The notes beneath the pieces were generated by a model. It did not search any database and was not told the origin of the DNA. It saw only the letters and a program-made list of their open reading frames with translations. A stretch of DNA of 64,000 nt. Source: Ginglymostoma cirratum (lineage: Eukaryota). Of the stretch, positions 37,801 to 51,974 are shown in pieces. Positions within the stretch are counted from its first letter, which is position 1, and every line of letters begins with the position of its first letter. A program made the position numbers and the translations under genes. The stretch spans positions 14,235,479 through 14,299,478 of the forward strand of contig JAHRHZ010000018.1 of the NCBI GenBank assembly GCA_024137785.1, read 5' to 3'.

Positions 37801-38919
37801 TTGGAGTTTCTCGTGGGACAATGTGCAATCCTCAGCTCCCTGTACACATCAAGCTTTGAAGCTGAAGATGTTTTATCACAGCAATCTCAGCACAGTCAGA
37901 ATCAGCCAAAAACTTTGAATGACACGTGACCCCAACCACATGCATTTCCTGATATTCTTTACTGTCCCTCAACTGTCAATGTGGTTAATTTGTATTAAAA
38001 TTATTATTAAGATATTGTGTTATTAATTGCCTTTTTCTGGTATTGAACAAAATGCATTTTAATCCAAGCTTCATAATGGGGAAAAATGCAATGGTTATAA
38101 ATTAGGGTCTTCTGATGAGTCACAGTATGTCGATACATGTTCTAGTCATGACTGCATTCACTTTTGCCTTGCACTTCCATCCACATCCTATATCAAACTG
38201 GAAGCTGAGCGCAACTTTACAAATCACATCTTGTTCTTGGCAACTTGGTGATTTCAGTCGCTCGCAAACACAACACCGTTAAATTCTGAATAGCTGTGAA
38301 TACTTACAAAATAAACATTATTTCTGGTTATTAGAGATGTCTGATGCAGCCCATGTGCAACATGATTTTAAGATTTCAATGTTGCTCCCATCAGGGGCAA
38401 AAACACACTGAACTTAATCCAGTCCAGCTGCAAGTTGGGGGTTTAACTCTGAGCATGAATGAGTTAAAAATAGAGCCTATGTCAAAAGTCAATTTGGATT
38501 TGGCAGTATCTCAACTAATGACAATGGGCGCCACTCATGGAGGACACAATTATAATCAATTCTGTGTAAGGAGCGTTGCCAGTGGCTTTAATACAAGGAG
38601 GGAACTGTCACAGTTAAGCCATCTTCAAACAAGTCTATGAGATCTGGTCAGAGTAGTTAGCCGTAGTCTCAGAGGGCTGCTCTGTCACCAGAGAGAGAAA
38701 GATGACTGATGGTGATTTAACTTAAGGGTGACCATGTCTTAGGTGAGGCTGAGAAGGCAGAACCTTCATGGTGACTCAGCTTGTGCAAGGAATTGAACCT
38801 GTGATGTTGGTATTATCCTCATTGCAAGCCAGCCATCCAGCTAACTGAGCGAACCAAACCCCACAGTGGTAGTTTTTTTTTAAAAGATGGTCCCCTTATT
38901 AACAAAACTTACTAAGTTT

Positions 38920-39430
38920 CATTGGAGGCAGTTCAGAGAAAGTTCACTGGGATGATCCCCAATATGAAGAGATTGTCTTGTGAGCAAAGGCTAAATAGGT
39001 TGGGACTCTGCTCATTGAAATTTAGAAGAATGAGAGGTAATCCCATTGAAGTTCTTCGGATTCCTAAGGGGCTTTACAGGGTTAATACAGAGGGGAAGTT
39101 TCCCCTCATGGGAGAGTATAGGACCACAGGGCATCGTCTCAGAATAAAGGGGCACCAATTTAAGACTGAGATGAGGAGGAATTTTTTCTCTCAGATGGTT
39201 GTGAGTCTTTGGAACTCCATGCCACAGAGAGCCGTGGAGGCAGAGTCATCGTGTATATTTAAGTCTGACATAGATAGATTCTTGACGAGTAGGGGAATCA
39301 ACGGTTATGGGGAAAGGGCGGGAACGTGGAGATGAGAAATGTCCGTCGAGTCAGTTATGATCCCATCGAATGGTGGAGCAAGCTTGAGGGGCTTAACAGA
39401 TTACTTCTGTTCCCATTTCTTACACTCTTA
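38920..39430 (+). mobile_element. CR1-type LINE 3' end
   Basis: EAVQRKFTGMIP...EMRRNFFSQMVVSLWNSMP. Confidence 0.9.
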
Positions 39431-40319
39431 ATAACGGGATTCTGTCGTGTGTGTTTTTTTACCTGTGGGACAAGGATCCTGGGATTTTTATAAGTCAATA
39501 ACTGTAGGGAGGGAGGAAGATATGGTGATTTTCAAGAAATGGATACACAGTGATTGATGTCATTTTTAATTCTGGAGAAAGTGATATTAGGTTGTAAAGC
39601 GGCAGTGCTGTCTGAAGTGGCCATTTTAATCCTAAATCATACGCCCCAACTGCACTCAGAGAATAAAACACAACTGTACCTGGACAACTGAAACTTTCAA
39701 CAAAAACAACAGGTTTCCCTCCACCTCAGGGGCAAGTCGCAATTCTCCATGCCGGCAACAACACCAATCTGCATTTTGATGGCGTCTTCACCATAGCTGA
39801 ACCAGCCAAGGCATTTGACTGTAGCATTATCAAGCAGAAATTGGCAAGAGCAACCGCAGGATGTATGAAGACAGAAAAACAAAACTTTGAAAAAGGAGAT
39901 AGTTTTTGAAAATAAAAAAAATCTTAAGGGAGGAGGAAAAGACGGAAAGGTTTTGGGAGAGAATTTAAGAACTTAAACCGTGGCTGTCAATGGGGGAGCA
40001 ATGTAAACAAGGCAGGTGCCAGAATGTAAGGAGCACAGAGACCTCAGAGGATTATGGGACTGGAGGAGGTTGCTGAGATAGGGGCAGGGCAAAGTCATGG
40101 AAGGATTTGAAAACAGAGATGAGTGTCTTAAAATTCATTGACAAAACAAAGTGATCTTTCACCGTTTCTGAAAGGCTATAAAATCTCGCTGCAACCTAAT
40201 ATGTTCTGAAGACTTGAAGTTCCCCATTCGATCTGAGATCGTCTTGATCCTGCTGCTTCCTGCCTTTGTGCAGATGAACAGGAGGAGAGATCTGTACAAA
40301 AATAACTGGAGCAACGTAA

Positions 40320-41620
40320 GACCATACAACGTAGGTATAGGCTATTGAGCCCATCGGGTCTGCGCCATCATTCAATGAGATCACAGCTGATCTGATAATC
40401 GTAATATAGAATCCCTACAGTGTGAAAGCAGGCCATTCGGCCCACCAAGTCCACTACAACCCTCTGAAGAGCATCCGACCCAGATCCACCCCATCCCTGT
40501 AACCCTGCATTTCCCATGGTTAATCCACCTAGCCTACACATCTTTGGCTTGTGGCAGGAGACCCACACAGACAGGGGGAGAATATGTGAACTCTACACAG
40601 ATGGTCACTTGTGAGTGGAATTGAACCTGGGTCCCTGGCTTGTGAGGTGGCAGTGCTAAACATTGAGCCACCGAGCCACCCTAATCTTCAACTCCAATTT
40701 CCTCCCTTTTCTCCACAAACTTTGATTCCCTTCCTGATTAAAAATCTGTCTATCTCAGCCTTGAATATACGTATTGACCCAGTCTTGACAGTTTCTGCAG
40801 TGAAGAATTTCACAGATTCACTATTCACTGAGAGAAGAAATTCCTCCTCATCTCTCTCTTAAATGTACAATCTCTTATTCTGAGTTTATGCCCTCCGGCC
40901 CTAGACTCTCCCACAAGGGGAAATGACCTTTCTGCATCTAACCAGTCAAGGTCCTTAAGAACCTTGCATGGCTCAATAAGATCGCTGCTCATTCTTCCAA
41001 ATTCCAAGGACTGCAGACCTAAACTTCTCGTGAAACAGTGCCTAAATACCTGGTATCAGCTAAGTGAACATTCTCTCAACTGCTTTCAATGCCAGTATAT
41101 CTTTCATTAGGTAAGGGACTCAAAATTCCTCCTGCCCATGTGCATTGCCTCATATCTTCCAACATTATATTCCATCTGACAAGGTTTTGTCCACTTGCTT
41201 AACCTGCCTATGTCCCTCTGCAGACTCTTTGTGTCATCCATAAAATTGGCTATATTACATACACTTTCCTTATCAAAGTCATTTATATATATTGTAAATA
41301 ATTGTGGCCCCAGCACTGATTCCTGTGGCACACCAGTAGTCATAGGCTGCCATCCTGAAAATGACACCCTTATCCCAAATCTCTGGCTTCTATTGGTTCG
41401 CCAGTCCTCTATCCACGCTATTGTACTATGTCCTATACCATGGGCATATATTATGAAGGAGCCTATTCTGTAGCGTCTAATCAAAGGCTATCTGCTAGCT
41501 TTTTGTCATTCATGCATAAGGACTGCCAAATCCCTTTGTTCCATACCTTTCTGCAGTCTTTCTTCATTTAAGTAACGTCCAGCTCCTATATTCCTGTCAA
41601 AGTGCACTAGCTACAAAGTT
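40320..41620 (-). mobile_element. CR1-type LINE RT/3' fragment with nested HE1-like SINE (about 40405-40681, -)
   Basis: GVPQESVLGPQLFTIYIND RT motif; the SINE splits the CR1 tail. Confidence 0.85.
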
Positions 41621-44600
41621 TCCCTCCTGCTAAAATCAGGCCATAATTGTCAGTTGACAAATTCTACAGCAGCAGTGGCCCCTCAGTGACTACACTGTGC
41701 AGAATTGGTGAAAGTGTAGTGCAATCAACATTGAATTTTCGTTTTGTTGGTCTCTGTGAGTCATATCTGTTGCTACATTAAATTGCAGTGAAAATATAAC
41801 TATTTTCCTGATCATTATAAGTCCCATTAGCCTACCCGTCACATTATGTTGCACTTGTGCAAAAATGATCAGACTCAGAGCAAGAAATCATGAGGGAATT
41901 TGGTTAACTTCTTGTTTTCCAGGTTAAAACAGGCTCAGCCTTCTGGAAGAATGCAGAGCAATGTAAGAAGAAGGTCAATGATCTTTTCCATTCCACCAGC
42001 ATAAGTGCCAATATCTTCTCTCCGTTATATCATGTTCACTGTGTCCCAGCCTCTATGCCAGTTTCCCACGCTATTGGCAACACTCTGCATTGCAAACCAG
42101 CCATCTATAAGAAACTACGTACATCAGCCCAGGAAATGATGCAATGTCAGATGATTTTGCTGTGCCTTGCAGAGCCTTGCGGCAAAATGAAGGTCACAGT
42201 AAGAAATGCTCCAATAAAATTATCATTTGACTTACCTTGAAGTTGCCGTAAATATTCTGAATTAGTCAGACAATGCCAAAAACATTGAAGGTAGATTCTC
42301 TGTTGCGAAGATTGTCATTGCCTGGCACCTATCTACCACAAATGTTATTTGCCACCTAACCAGCCCAAGCCTGAATGTTCTCTAGATCTTGCTAAATGTG
42401 AGTATGGGCTGCTACAATGCCTGAGGGGTATCACCACTGAGCCATGGCTGGTATAATATAATGTAAAGCTTGTGGCTTGAAACGTTTGAAGATTACTGTG
42501 GGCAGAAAAGATGGGAAGATAAGACACTCATGGCATTGAAGTCCTGGGAAACAATGAGCTAGAAAAACAAGTTGAAGGTTGTATAGGTCTTGAAATTAAT
42601 ATAGTCGGAGATAGATAAGGAAGAGTATTTAGGATTTGGTGTACTTGGAGTTTAGAAAAGAACAAGGAAGTTCAGTGGAGCAGTGACTATGAAAAATATA
42701 GAAAAAGAAAAATAAGTTATGACTTTAGACAGAAAGGTTAGAATAACTCAGCAACCAGATGTCAAGTTTTATCTTGTTTCCTAATCAGCAGTCTGAGAGA
42801 AACATAACATTAATAAGATTAAGAAATATAATATAGAAATCAACCCCACCAAAGCCTTCCCTTCCAACTACAGAAGACAAAAAGGTTAACCTTGAAAAAA
42901 GATATTCTTGTGGGGCTTAATAACATCACAAATCAAACATTCTTTCACCCCTTTACATCATGAACTGATCAATCGAAGTGTTCCCATCCAAAATACATCT
43001 TCGATGGTGAAGAATGTAAGGTTCTACTATAGAAGACAGCAGAATTTTTATTCAGTGATACTAAAAGTTGGCCAGATTCTGTCATGAGTTGCTAAGTTTG
43101 CAAAAACATAGCAACAGGTGATTGGCATGTTAGACGGTGGAAGATATGAAGAATTTGCCTGAGAAAGCTCCAGAATTAATTAGGAGTAAGGATTTTGTTT
43201 ATTGAAACTCACTCAAGTGAAGTATAAAATTTATTTAAAATGTGAAGACCTGTCCCAATTTCTGCTACATATACACAGGCGCTGCAGCATGCAAGCAAAC
43301 ACAATGATGTACCTAGTGAAAGATAGTGGAATTGAAAAGAAACTTTACAGTTCTTTGATAAAGGAATTATATGTTGAACTGGTGGATCTTCTGGAGATAA
43401 CCGTACCTTAGATGTCACCATTTCTAAAAGAATCTGGTTTGCAGTCAGTTTTCTCTAAGGGCTGATCATTTTTTTAGTGAAGACGCTCCACCAATTGTAA
43501 AGACAGAGAGGGTCTTTATTCTTGAGGTTCCTGCAAGTTCTGAGATGTTGTTCCATGTTTCTGGGTGTCTCTTTTTCTGAAGTGATAATGAACTGCCTAA
43601 ATCATGGCTACTTGCAGGATGGGGGATTCGTCAGCTCTACTGGCTGGACAGTGGGCTACAATACAGAATGGATACTAACAGTGTGGGTTCAATTCCTGTG
43701 CCAGCTGAGGTTATCATGAATGACCATGCTTTTCAGCCTCTCCATCAATTGAGGTGTCAATACTCAAGTCCAGCCTGCTCTAGATGTGTGTGACAACAAC
43801 TCTGAACAGTCTTGGGGAATTGAAAAACTTTTTTTTTAATGACCTGGTAATTACTCCTTTAGATAGTCTTTATCCTGGTGGGTTAGTGAATCCCAGTCAT
43901 TAGACATTCCATTGTATACTCTCATGAGTTTGGCTTCTACTTTGTGACTTTGAGAGCCATTTTAATGTGATCCAGCACATTTTTAATCATGTCCCTCTCC
44001 AACCCAGTGTTTGAGGCTTTTAAATTAGCTGTGTACATTTTTAAAAATGGGTAGTATATATTTTATCATTGTGACACCATTCTTTTTCCTCTGGAATACT
44101 GTTTAATTGCAACCTAGATGAGACGAAGGTGTCTCTCTGAAGGTTGTAAACAGCTTTTTTAAGACCTTTTCTGCTTTTCTCATCAAGTTCAACAACAAAA
44201 TGTCTTCCCTTCCCCTTCCCCTGGGGGCTTTGATTTCTTGCCATATTTTAACTATAGATACCATCACTGGGATAGCACACTGGAAATCAAACCCCACTAT
44301 TCCTGGAGTCATCACAGAAGTTAAAGATTTTATAAAACCAAAATTCTCCAATCTACCTGCCTTTTAGACCCAGTTGAGAGAAAGCACAGATCCTGCATTT
44401 AGCAGGAATTATTCCTCACAACAAAAACGGTGATGCTAGCAATAGGTAAACAGTTATGAATTATCAACATATGACTCTACTGGTTAAAACTCTAACCCAC
44501 TTATAAAACTCCCCCTAGACACGTATGCAGACAAGTGAAAAGCTTGGGTGTTAATGGGCAGAGGGAAAGGCTGGGAACAGAGTTCAATGGTCCCTGATCA

Positions 44601-44780
44601 TAGAGTTCATGGACATGGCCATTTTGACTTGTCCAACCGGCTGTTCCTTGATCTCCCATCTCCAGGTACTTTCCTTCACTTAAGGAGGTGCAGGGTAATT
44701 GGTTCACATTTTTAAAGTCTTTGACTTATTGGTTAAAAGCCACACCGATAGCAACTGATGAAGGGCAATACAGGGAGTTG

Positions 44781-45108
44781 ATGGCCTAGTGGTATTATCA
44801 CTAGACTATTGATCCACAGACCCAGATAACATCCTGGGGATCCAGGTTCAAATCCTGCCATGGTAGGTGGTGGAATTTGATTTCAATAAATGCCTGGATT
44901 AAGGGTCTAATGATGACCATGCAATTTTGCCAACTGTCAGGGGGAAAAATCCATCTGGTTCACTAATGGGGGGAAATCTGCTGGTCTCACCTACATATGA
45001 TTCCAGACCCACAATTATGTGGTTGACTCTTAACTGCTCTCCAGGCAGTTAGAGATGGGCAATAAATACTAGCCTGACCAGTGACATCCCTGTCCTGTGA
45101 ATGAATAA
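44781..45108 (+). mobile_element. tRNA-head SINE (same family as 22505)
   Basis: tggcctagtggtattatcactagac...gggcaataaatact...aatgaataa. Confidence 0.75.
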
Positions 45109-45415
45109 CAAAGAAAAAATGACAACTCATTCACTTTTGGAAAGTTCGAATGGCTTCGGATCAAACGTTCCCTTCCATAGGCTGTTCAGCTACTAATCAC
45201 ATAGTTGTTGACAGGCAGAAGATTTTTTTCATTGACAACTGGTCACGATTCCCCAGACCAATCAGCTACTCGTTGCCAGCTGAATCTTCCTCAGCACACA
45301 TCCTGTTCCTTCAGCATGTCATCTGGTAACTTGCCCCACTAAACAAACAGCACAGTAAACTGTATTTACAATGAGTTTAATCTACATTTTAAAAAAGTAG
45401 TAATCCTTTCCACAA

Positions 45416-46039
45416 TGCTATGGACCAGAACAAAGCCCATGCAAATATATCAAGGAGAAAAATCCCTAACTTTTATCTTATTGAAAGGCGCGTGTAAGGT
45501 GATGTGCTCCAGATGTAATTCAATTAGCCGCACTACTTGGCTTTAAGCAAAACACACTTCATTCTTATCGTCAGTTAAGATACAAACAAAGAAAGAATAA
45601 TTAGTATGACTTTAAATATACTAGAAGACTTTACAGAACAATTATTTAACGACTAAACTGCAACTGTTCGAATATAGTAACATCCCGTAAACACACCCTT
45701 GGCAAAGGCAAAGTCAGTAAAATAGATTATCTCACATGCGATTTGGACAACAGAAAGAGAACCCAAGCTTCTAGCTGTAACAGAGAGATATAGCAGCTTC
45801 CATAAAAGTTTCAAAACTTCAGCAACTGCTGAAAGCTTAACTAAAACTCTAGTTCTATGGGAGACTGACTCCACCCATTCATGCTGCTTCTATTGTTCTA
45901 ACTTTTAACAAAAAACCCTAAGGCCTCACAAACTGTTTACTGTATTGGCTTGGAGGAGACAGCCCAGCGCCTATGGCTTGAAACATCGCTTCAAAACAAA
46001 AAGGACAAAAAAACCTCTGAAAGCCATAATATGGCCACA
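45416..46039. mobile_element. Solo LTR (624 bp)
   Basis: TG...CA termini with 4-bp TSD ACAA (45412-45415, 46040-46043); no coding remnants. Confidence 0.65.
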
Positions 46040-47192
46040 ACAATTCTTGGTTTTTAAAACAGCCCTTTTTCCAATTTCAGGCTACAATCAAAAGTACAGA
46101 AGGAAAATAATACAGTCTTCACACACGCACCCTCGTTGTTCTATGAAATGATTATTCTTGAGTTCAGTTTTGGAATCATCAGAATGAAGCTCCTATTCAA
46201 TTCCAGCCGAAGTCACTGAATCCTGAAGTGTGAACCATAGCTAATTTTGTCTCTCAAAACCGGGAAATTTGAGGCCAGATTGACCTCAACTATCGCTTGA
46301 AATCCACTAAATCGACACATGCTTAAGATCAAACCCAGGTACTCCTGTCCTATTCATACAGTGTATGCAGTGTTCCACTGCGAAGATGGTTCCAAATGTT
46401 CCCCATGTAAGTTGTTCTGACAATCATGTGCCACAAGTTGTAGTTTGCATCTACTCCTCCATGTTCTTGATCAGACTTACCACACAGAATGGTTATAGCA
46501 CAGGAAGCCATTCAATGTTTTGCTGGCTGTCTGAAAGCTTAGGGCTAGTCCCACTTAACTTCCTTCGCTCTCCCAGAGCTACAATTTTTTTTTTCAGGTG
46601 CTTATCCAATTCCCTTTAGAACGGTACAACAGAATCTGCCTCTACCACACTCTCCGGCAGTTAATTCCAGATCCTATTCTTGGCAATGAAAGTTAGCAGA
46701 AAATGAAAAGAGATAATAGGAACTGCAGATGCTGGAGAATCTGAGATAACAAGGTGTGGAGCTGGATGAACACAGCAGGCCAAGCAGCATCATAGGAGCA
46801 GGAAGGCTTGACGTTTCGGGCCTAGACCCTTCATCAGAAATGGGGGAGGGGAAGAGGGTTCTGAAATAAATAGGGAGAGAGGGGGAGGTGGATAGAAGAT
46901 GGATAGAGGAGAGGTTGGATGGAGAGGAGGCAGACAAGTCAAAGAGGTGGGGATGGAGCCAGTAAAGGTGAGTGTAGGTGGGGGTGTAGGGAGGAGATAG
47001 GTCAGTCCAGGGAGGACGGACAGGTCAAGGGGGTGGGATGAGGTTAGTAGATAGGAGATGGGGGTGGGGCTTGAGGTGGGAGGAGGTGACAGGTGAGAGG
47101 AAGGACAGGTTACGGAGGTGGGGACAAGCTGGGCTGGTTTTGGGATGCGGTTGGGGGAGGGGAGATTTTGAAGCTTGTGAAATCCACATTGA

Positions 47193-48022
47193 AAGATAGA
47201 AGCGGGCAGTGCAGGGTTGGGGAACGATGATGTTGGAGGCGGTGGGTGGGAGGTCACCTGAGGTGATGAGGTTGTGGATGGTTTGGGAGATGATGGTTTG
47301 GTGCTCGGGGGAGGGGTCTTGATCCAGGGGGCGGTAGGAGAAGGTGTCGGAGAGTTGGCGCCTGGCCTCAGCAATGTAGAGGTCAGTGCGCCATACCAGA
47401 ACTGCGCCTCCCTTGTCCGCAGGTTTTATGGTGAGTTTGGGATTGGAGTGGAGGGAGCGGAGGGCTGCACGTTCTGCAGGGGAGAGGTTGGAGTGTTTGA
47501 GAGGGGTAGAGAGGCTGTGGTGATTGATGTCTCGATGGCAGTTGGAGATGAAGAGGTCGAGGGAGGGTAGGAGGCCTTGGGGTGGTGTCCAGGAGGTGGG
47601 CTTGTGTTGTAGGCGGGAGAAGAGGTCAGTAGAGGGAGGGTTAGATTCGTGGTTGAAGAAGTAAGTGTGGAGGCAGAAGCGGTGGAAAAACTGCTCAACG
47701 TCCGAGTGTGAGCAGTATTCGTTGATACGTGGGTGGAGGGGGACAAAGGTGAGCCCTTTACTGAGGACTGACTGTTCGTCCTCAGTAAGGAGGAGGTCTG
47801 GGGGGATGGTGAAGACTCGGCAGGGCTCAGTGCTGCTGTTTCCTCTGGAGCTGCTAGCTGTGGAGGCAGTGGGCGGAGGTTTGTCGGCGTTGGTTGTGGG
47901 CGGAGTTGCATCGGCGTCGGCACTGGGCACAGTTGCGTCAGCAGTGGGCGGAGTTGCATCGGCGTCGGCAGGGGGTGGAGTGGTGTCGGCGGTGGGCAGA
48001 GCCAGGTAGGTGGCGGCAGCAG
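47193..48022 (-). pseudogene. Inverted PLE ORF N-terminal segment
   Basis: LSKGLTFVP, IKPADKGGAVLVW and ARFYL motifs typical of PLE N-termini; PPTADADAT tandem repeats at about 47860-48000. Confidence 0.85.
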
Positions 48023-48023
48023 C

Positions 48024-49181
48024 TTCCGTACCTACACTGGCCCTAAACCCCACCTCTTCCTCCGTTACATTGATGACTGTATCGGCGCCACCTCGTGCTC
48101 CCACGAGGACCTCGAACAGTTCATCCACTTCACCAACATCTTCCACCCCAACCTGAAGTTCACCTGGACCATCTCCAACACTTCTCTCTCCTTCCTAGAC
48201 CTCTCTGTCTCCATCTCGGGTAACCACCTAGAAACCGATGTCCATTTCAAGCCCACTGACTCCCATAGCTACCTGGAATACACCTCCTCCCACCCACCTT
48301 CCTGCAAAAATGCCATCCCCTATTCCCATTTCCTCCGCCTCCGCCGCATCTGCTCCCAGGATGAGGCATTCCACTCCCATTCATCTCATATGTCCTCATT
48401 CTTCAAGGACTGCAACTTCCCCCCCACAGTGGTCGAGAACACCCTCGACCGTGTCTCCCGCATTTCCCGCAACTCATCCCTCACACCCCGTCCCCGCAAT
48501 AATAACCAAAAAAGAATCCCCCTCATCCTCACGTACCATCCCACCAACCTCTGGATCCAACGCATCACCCTCCGACACTTCCGCCATCTGCAATCCGACT
48601 CCACCACCAAAGACATTTTTCCCTCCCCACCCTTGTCTGCTTTCCAGAGGGACCACTCCCTCCATGACTCCCTTGTCCGCTTCACACTCCCCTCCAGCCC
48701 CGCCACACCCGGCACTTTTCCCTGCAACCGCAGGAAGTGCTACACCTGTCCCCACACCTCCTCCCTCACCCCAATCCCAGGCCCCAAGAAGACTTTCCAC
48801 ATCAGGCAGATGTTCACCTGCACATCTGCCAATGTGGTATACTGCATCCGCTGTACCCGTTGTGGCCTCCACTACATCGAGGAAACCAAGCGGAGGCTTG
48901 GGGACCGCTTTGCAGAACACCTGCGCTCAGTTCACAACAAACAACTTCACGTCCCAGTCGCGAACCATTTCAACTCCCCCTCCTATTCCTCAGACGACAT
49001 GTCCATCCCGGGCCTCCTGCAATGCCACAATGATGCCACCCGAAGGCTGCAGGAACAGCAAATCATATTCAGCCTGAGAACCCTGCAGCCCAATGGTATC
49101 AATGTGGATTTCACAAGCTTCAAAATCTCCCCTCCCCCAACCGCATCCCAAAACCAGCCCAGCTCGTCCCCACCTCCCTAA
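48024..49181 (+). pseudogene. 5'-truncated PLE ORF: RT C-terminal half and GIY-YIG endonuclease
   Basis: Uninterrupted frame from FRTYTGPKPHLFLRYIDD (YIDD 48066-48077) through CNRRKCYTC and VVYCIRCTRCGLHYIEETKRRLGDRFAEH; YIG is changed to YIE. Confidence 0.9.
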
Positions 49182-50159
49182 CCTGTCCTTCCTCTCACCT
49201 GTCACCTCCTCCCACCTCAAGCCCCACCCCCATCTCCTATCTACTAACCTCATCCCGCCCCCTTGACCTGACCGTCCTACTTGGACTGACCTATCTCCTC
49301 CCTACCCCCCTACCTACACTCACCTTTACTGGCTTCATCCCCGCCTCTTTGACTTGTCTGCCTCCTCTCCACCTATCCTCTCCTCTATCCATCTTCTATC
49401 CACCTCCCCCTCTCTCCCTATTTATTTCAGAACCCTCTTCCCCTCCCCCATTTCTGATGAAGGGTCTAGGCCCGAAACGTCAAGCCTTCCTGCTCCTGTG
49501 ATGCTGCTTGGCCTGCTGTGTTCATCCAGCTCCACACCTTGTTATCTCAGAAAACTGAAAAGATTCTGTTGGAGTAAGGTGGATTGGATATTGAGGAACA
49601 AAGATCTCATGAGCCTCGCTGATGGAGATATTTATAACGTCTCACTGCTATCATTCTATTTATACCAAAAATTTTAATTATGGCATTCAAACTAATTGAT
49701 GTTTTATGAGGTCACAGGCAGACATGTAAATTATCTTTGCAGGTTCCAGACCACCCACATTGTGGTTAACTACTCTTTGAGACAATACCTAAGAATGCTA
49801 AATGGTTAAATAGGACAAGTAGTTATGCGTACTGCAGTTAACTGGGACAATAGACGCATTCTAAGTAATCTTTGTTGGTCTTCACAGGTCGAATGCACCA
49901 GGTGAGCATTTGCACCACCCACACCACCTCTCCCCACCCCACCACCCACTACACCACAATGCAATATTTCGACGATCAAACGAAATTAGAAGTACAAAAG
50001 TGGTTCATTTGAGTTGAAGCAATGAATTGTTCACCCCATCTAATCAAAAGTAGGTGATGCTTATCCTGTAAAATTAACTAAAGTTTGTAAAGGTTCTGCT
50101 GAAAGAATCATGCATGCATTCATTTTGGATTCATTATGGTTTTTTTGGAAATAACCATG

Positions 50160-50620
50160 CGACTATAAGATCCTAAGAAACAGGAACAGAAATAGAGAGA
50201 TAGGAACAGAAGTAGGCTATTCAGCCCCTCAGTCCTGCTCCATCATTCAATAGGATCATGGCTGATCCAACATTCCTCACGTCCACTTTGCTGTCCTTTC
50301 CCCATAACCCTTGGTTCCCCTATTGATCAAGAATCTACCTACCTCAGCTTTAAATATGCACAAGGATTCAACCCCACAGTCCTCTGTGGCAAGGAGTTCC
50401 AAAGACGCACACCCTCTGAGACATCAAATCCCTCATCATTTCAATCTTAAATTAGTGCCCCTTTATTCTGAGACTGTGCCCTCTAGACTCTCATGAGAGG
50501 GAACATCCTCTCTGTACTTACTCTATCAAATACCTTAAGAATCCAAATTGGTTCAATGAGATCACCTCTCATACTTCTAAACTCCAGTGAGTGGAGTCCC
50601 AACCTGTTTAGCCTTACACA
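50160..50620 (-). mobile_element. CR1-type LINE 3' end
   Basis: Reverse of the CR1 tail (ccatcattcaataggatcatggctgatc; gagatcacctctcatacttctaaactcc). Confidence 0.8.
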
Positions 50621-51974
50621 CAGGATGTGGAGCAGTGAAGAGTGCTTGATTTGGGCCCCACCTCAAGACCTGATGGGCATTGAAGGTGGATTTATGATGT
50701 GGCTAAGGACTTCGATTGTCAACCTGTAAATCCCTACCAGGCACCCATAAGAGGCAATAAGAACAGGAGAGTTTCATGGTCAGTCAGATTCCGCACATCT
50801 GCAGCTGCACTGCTACAGCCTCCCCATGTTAAAAGACCTTGGCAAGTGTCCTTGTTTCAATAGGCTGCTATAGAGAGAAATAACAGTGAAAAACAACCCT
50901 ATCTATTTAACTTTGCTGCAGTGTGAAAAATCGGTTGACATTGCTGTGAGTTAAACTGTAACGTGAGTCTCCTCTCAGTTCCCCTTTTATTTGCAATATC
51001 TAATACTGTGGTAATACAGTTGAATCAGGTTTCACACTATTTCAATCGACTGTGTTAACACTATCAAGGAAACCTCTTCCCCTGGCCCAGTTCCAAATAC
51101 ATAGTAATTTCGTCATTTATCAGAAGCAACATTTAAAATCCTGGTATTCTCTTTTGAAGGCAAAATTTATCTAGGCCTCAACAGTTTATAAATTGTGTCA
51201 CCTAACCTTCATTAAATCATTTGTACCTTCCCAGCAAGTCCGTCCTCCACTCGCTGTACTATCAAAGACAGAAATGTTAGCCATTATATCAATGCGTCTT
51301 CAATTTTATTTTCATAACTGTTCAGCCTTGCTACATTTCTCCCCATTATTAAAAGGCTTCTTAAAATCTACCTCTTCACTTCTGCTTTCAGGCTTCTCCC
51401 CTAATTATTTACCTGGGTGAATATCCAATCTGCCTGTTTTAAATCTTTTGGAACAGTGTACTACATTGTATATGCTTTATAACTGGAAATAGTTTAACAT
51501 TGAAGTTGTTCTACACTGAGTTGGAGGTTGTCATTTCATATCTAGGCCAGTCAGTGAAAAAGAAACTTTTCTTTGTGGGTAGAGGTTATTAACTACTCCA
51601 TCCTACAGCCATACCACATGCCAATCCCACCCGTTCCTCTATAGGTAATTTCTTCAGAGATGTTATTCCACAGCTCTGGAGCAGATTGGACTTGAACCCA
51701 AGCTCCCGGATCAGATGTAGGGACATGACCGCTGCACCACAAGACCTGTCTGCGTATCAAACTATTAATGTATTAAACAATCCCCTGCTCCCAACAGATA
51801 CCCAGATATTAGCCTAGTACATCAAATCCTCACCTCTTCCCAAATATGATGGTAATGTCCCACCTCCTGGGAGTGAAAAAAGACAGGTTAATGTTCTCAA
51901 AGACCAGATCAAATCAGTGGAAGTTCCAAACAGCTCCTTCACTGACACTATCAGTCAGTTTCAATACTGGGGAA

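Larger units (their letters stand above)
46712..49550. mobile_element. Rearranged Penelope-like retroelement (inverted 3' end, inverted 5' ORF part, forward RT C-terminus/GIY-YIG/3' end)
   Basis: About 450-bp inverted repeat 46740-47192/49099-49551, each arm with a hammerhead core; candidate TSD cagaaaa(c)tgaaaaga at 46697-46711 and 49548-49563. Confidence 0.9.

Noticed and set aside
36399-37821. Cluster of C/V/Y/M-rich and H/T-rich ORFs
   Set aside because: Translation of degenerate CA/TA repeats.
40196-40290. Exon-like segment after a minus-strand tttttgtacag acceptor
   Set aside because: Weak donor and no similarity to a protein I recognise.
42540-43420. A-rich stretch with a faint look of a decayed DNA transposase
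   Set aside because: No convincing motif, TIR or TSD found.
47025-48146. 373-aa ORF as a real gene
   Set aside because: Chimeric across both PLE rearrangement junctions; its start lies in antisense RT sequence.
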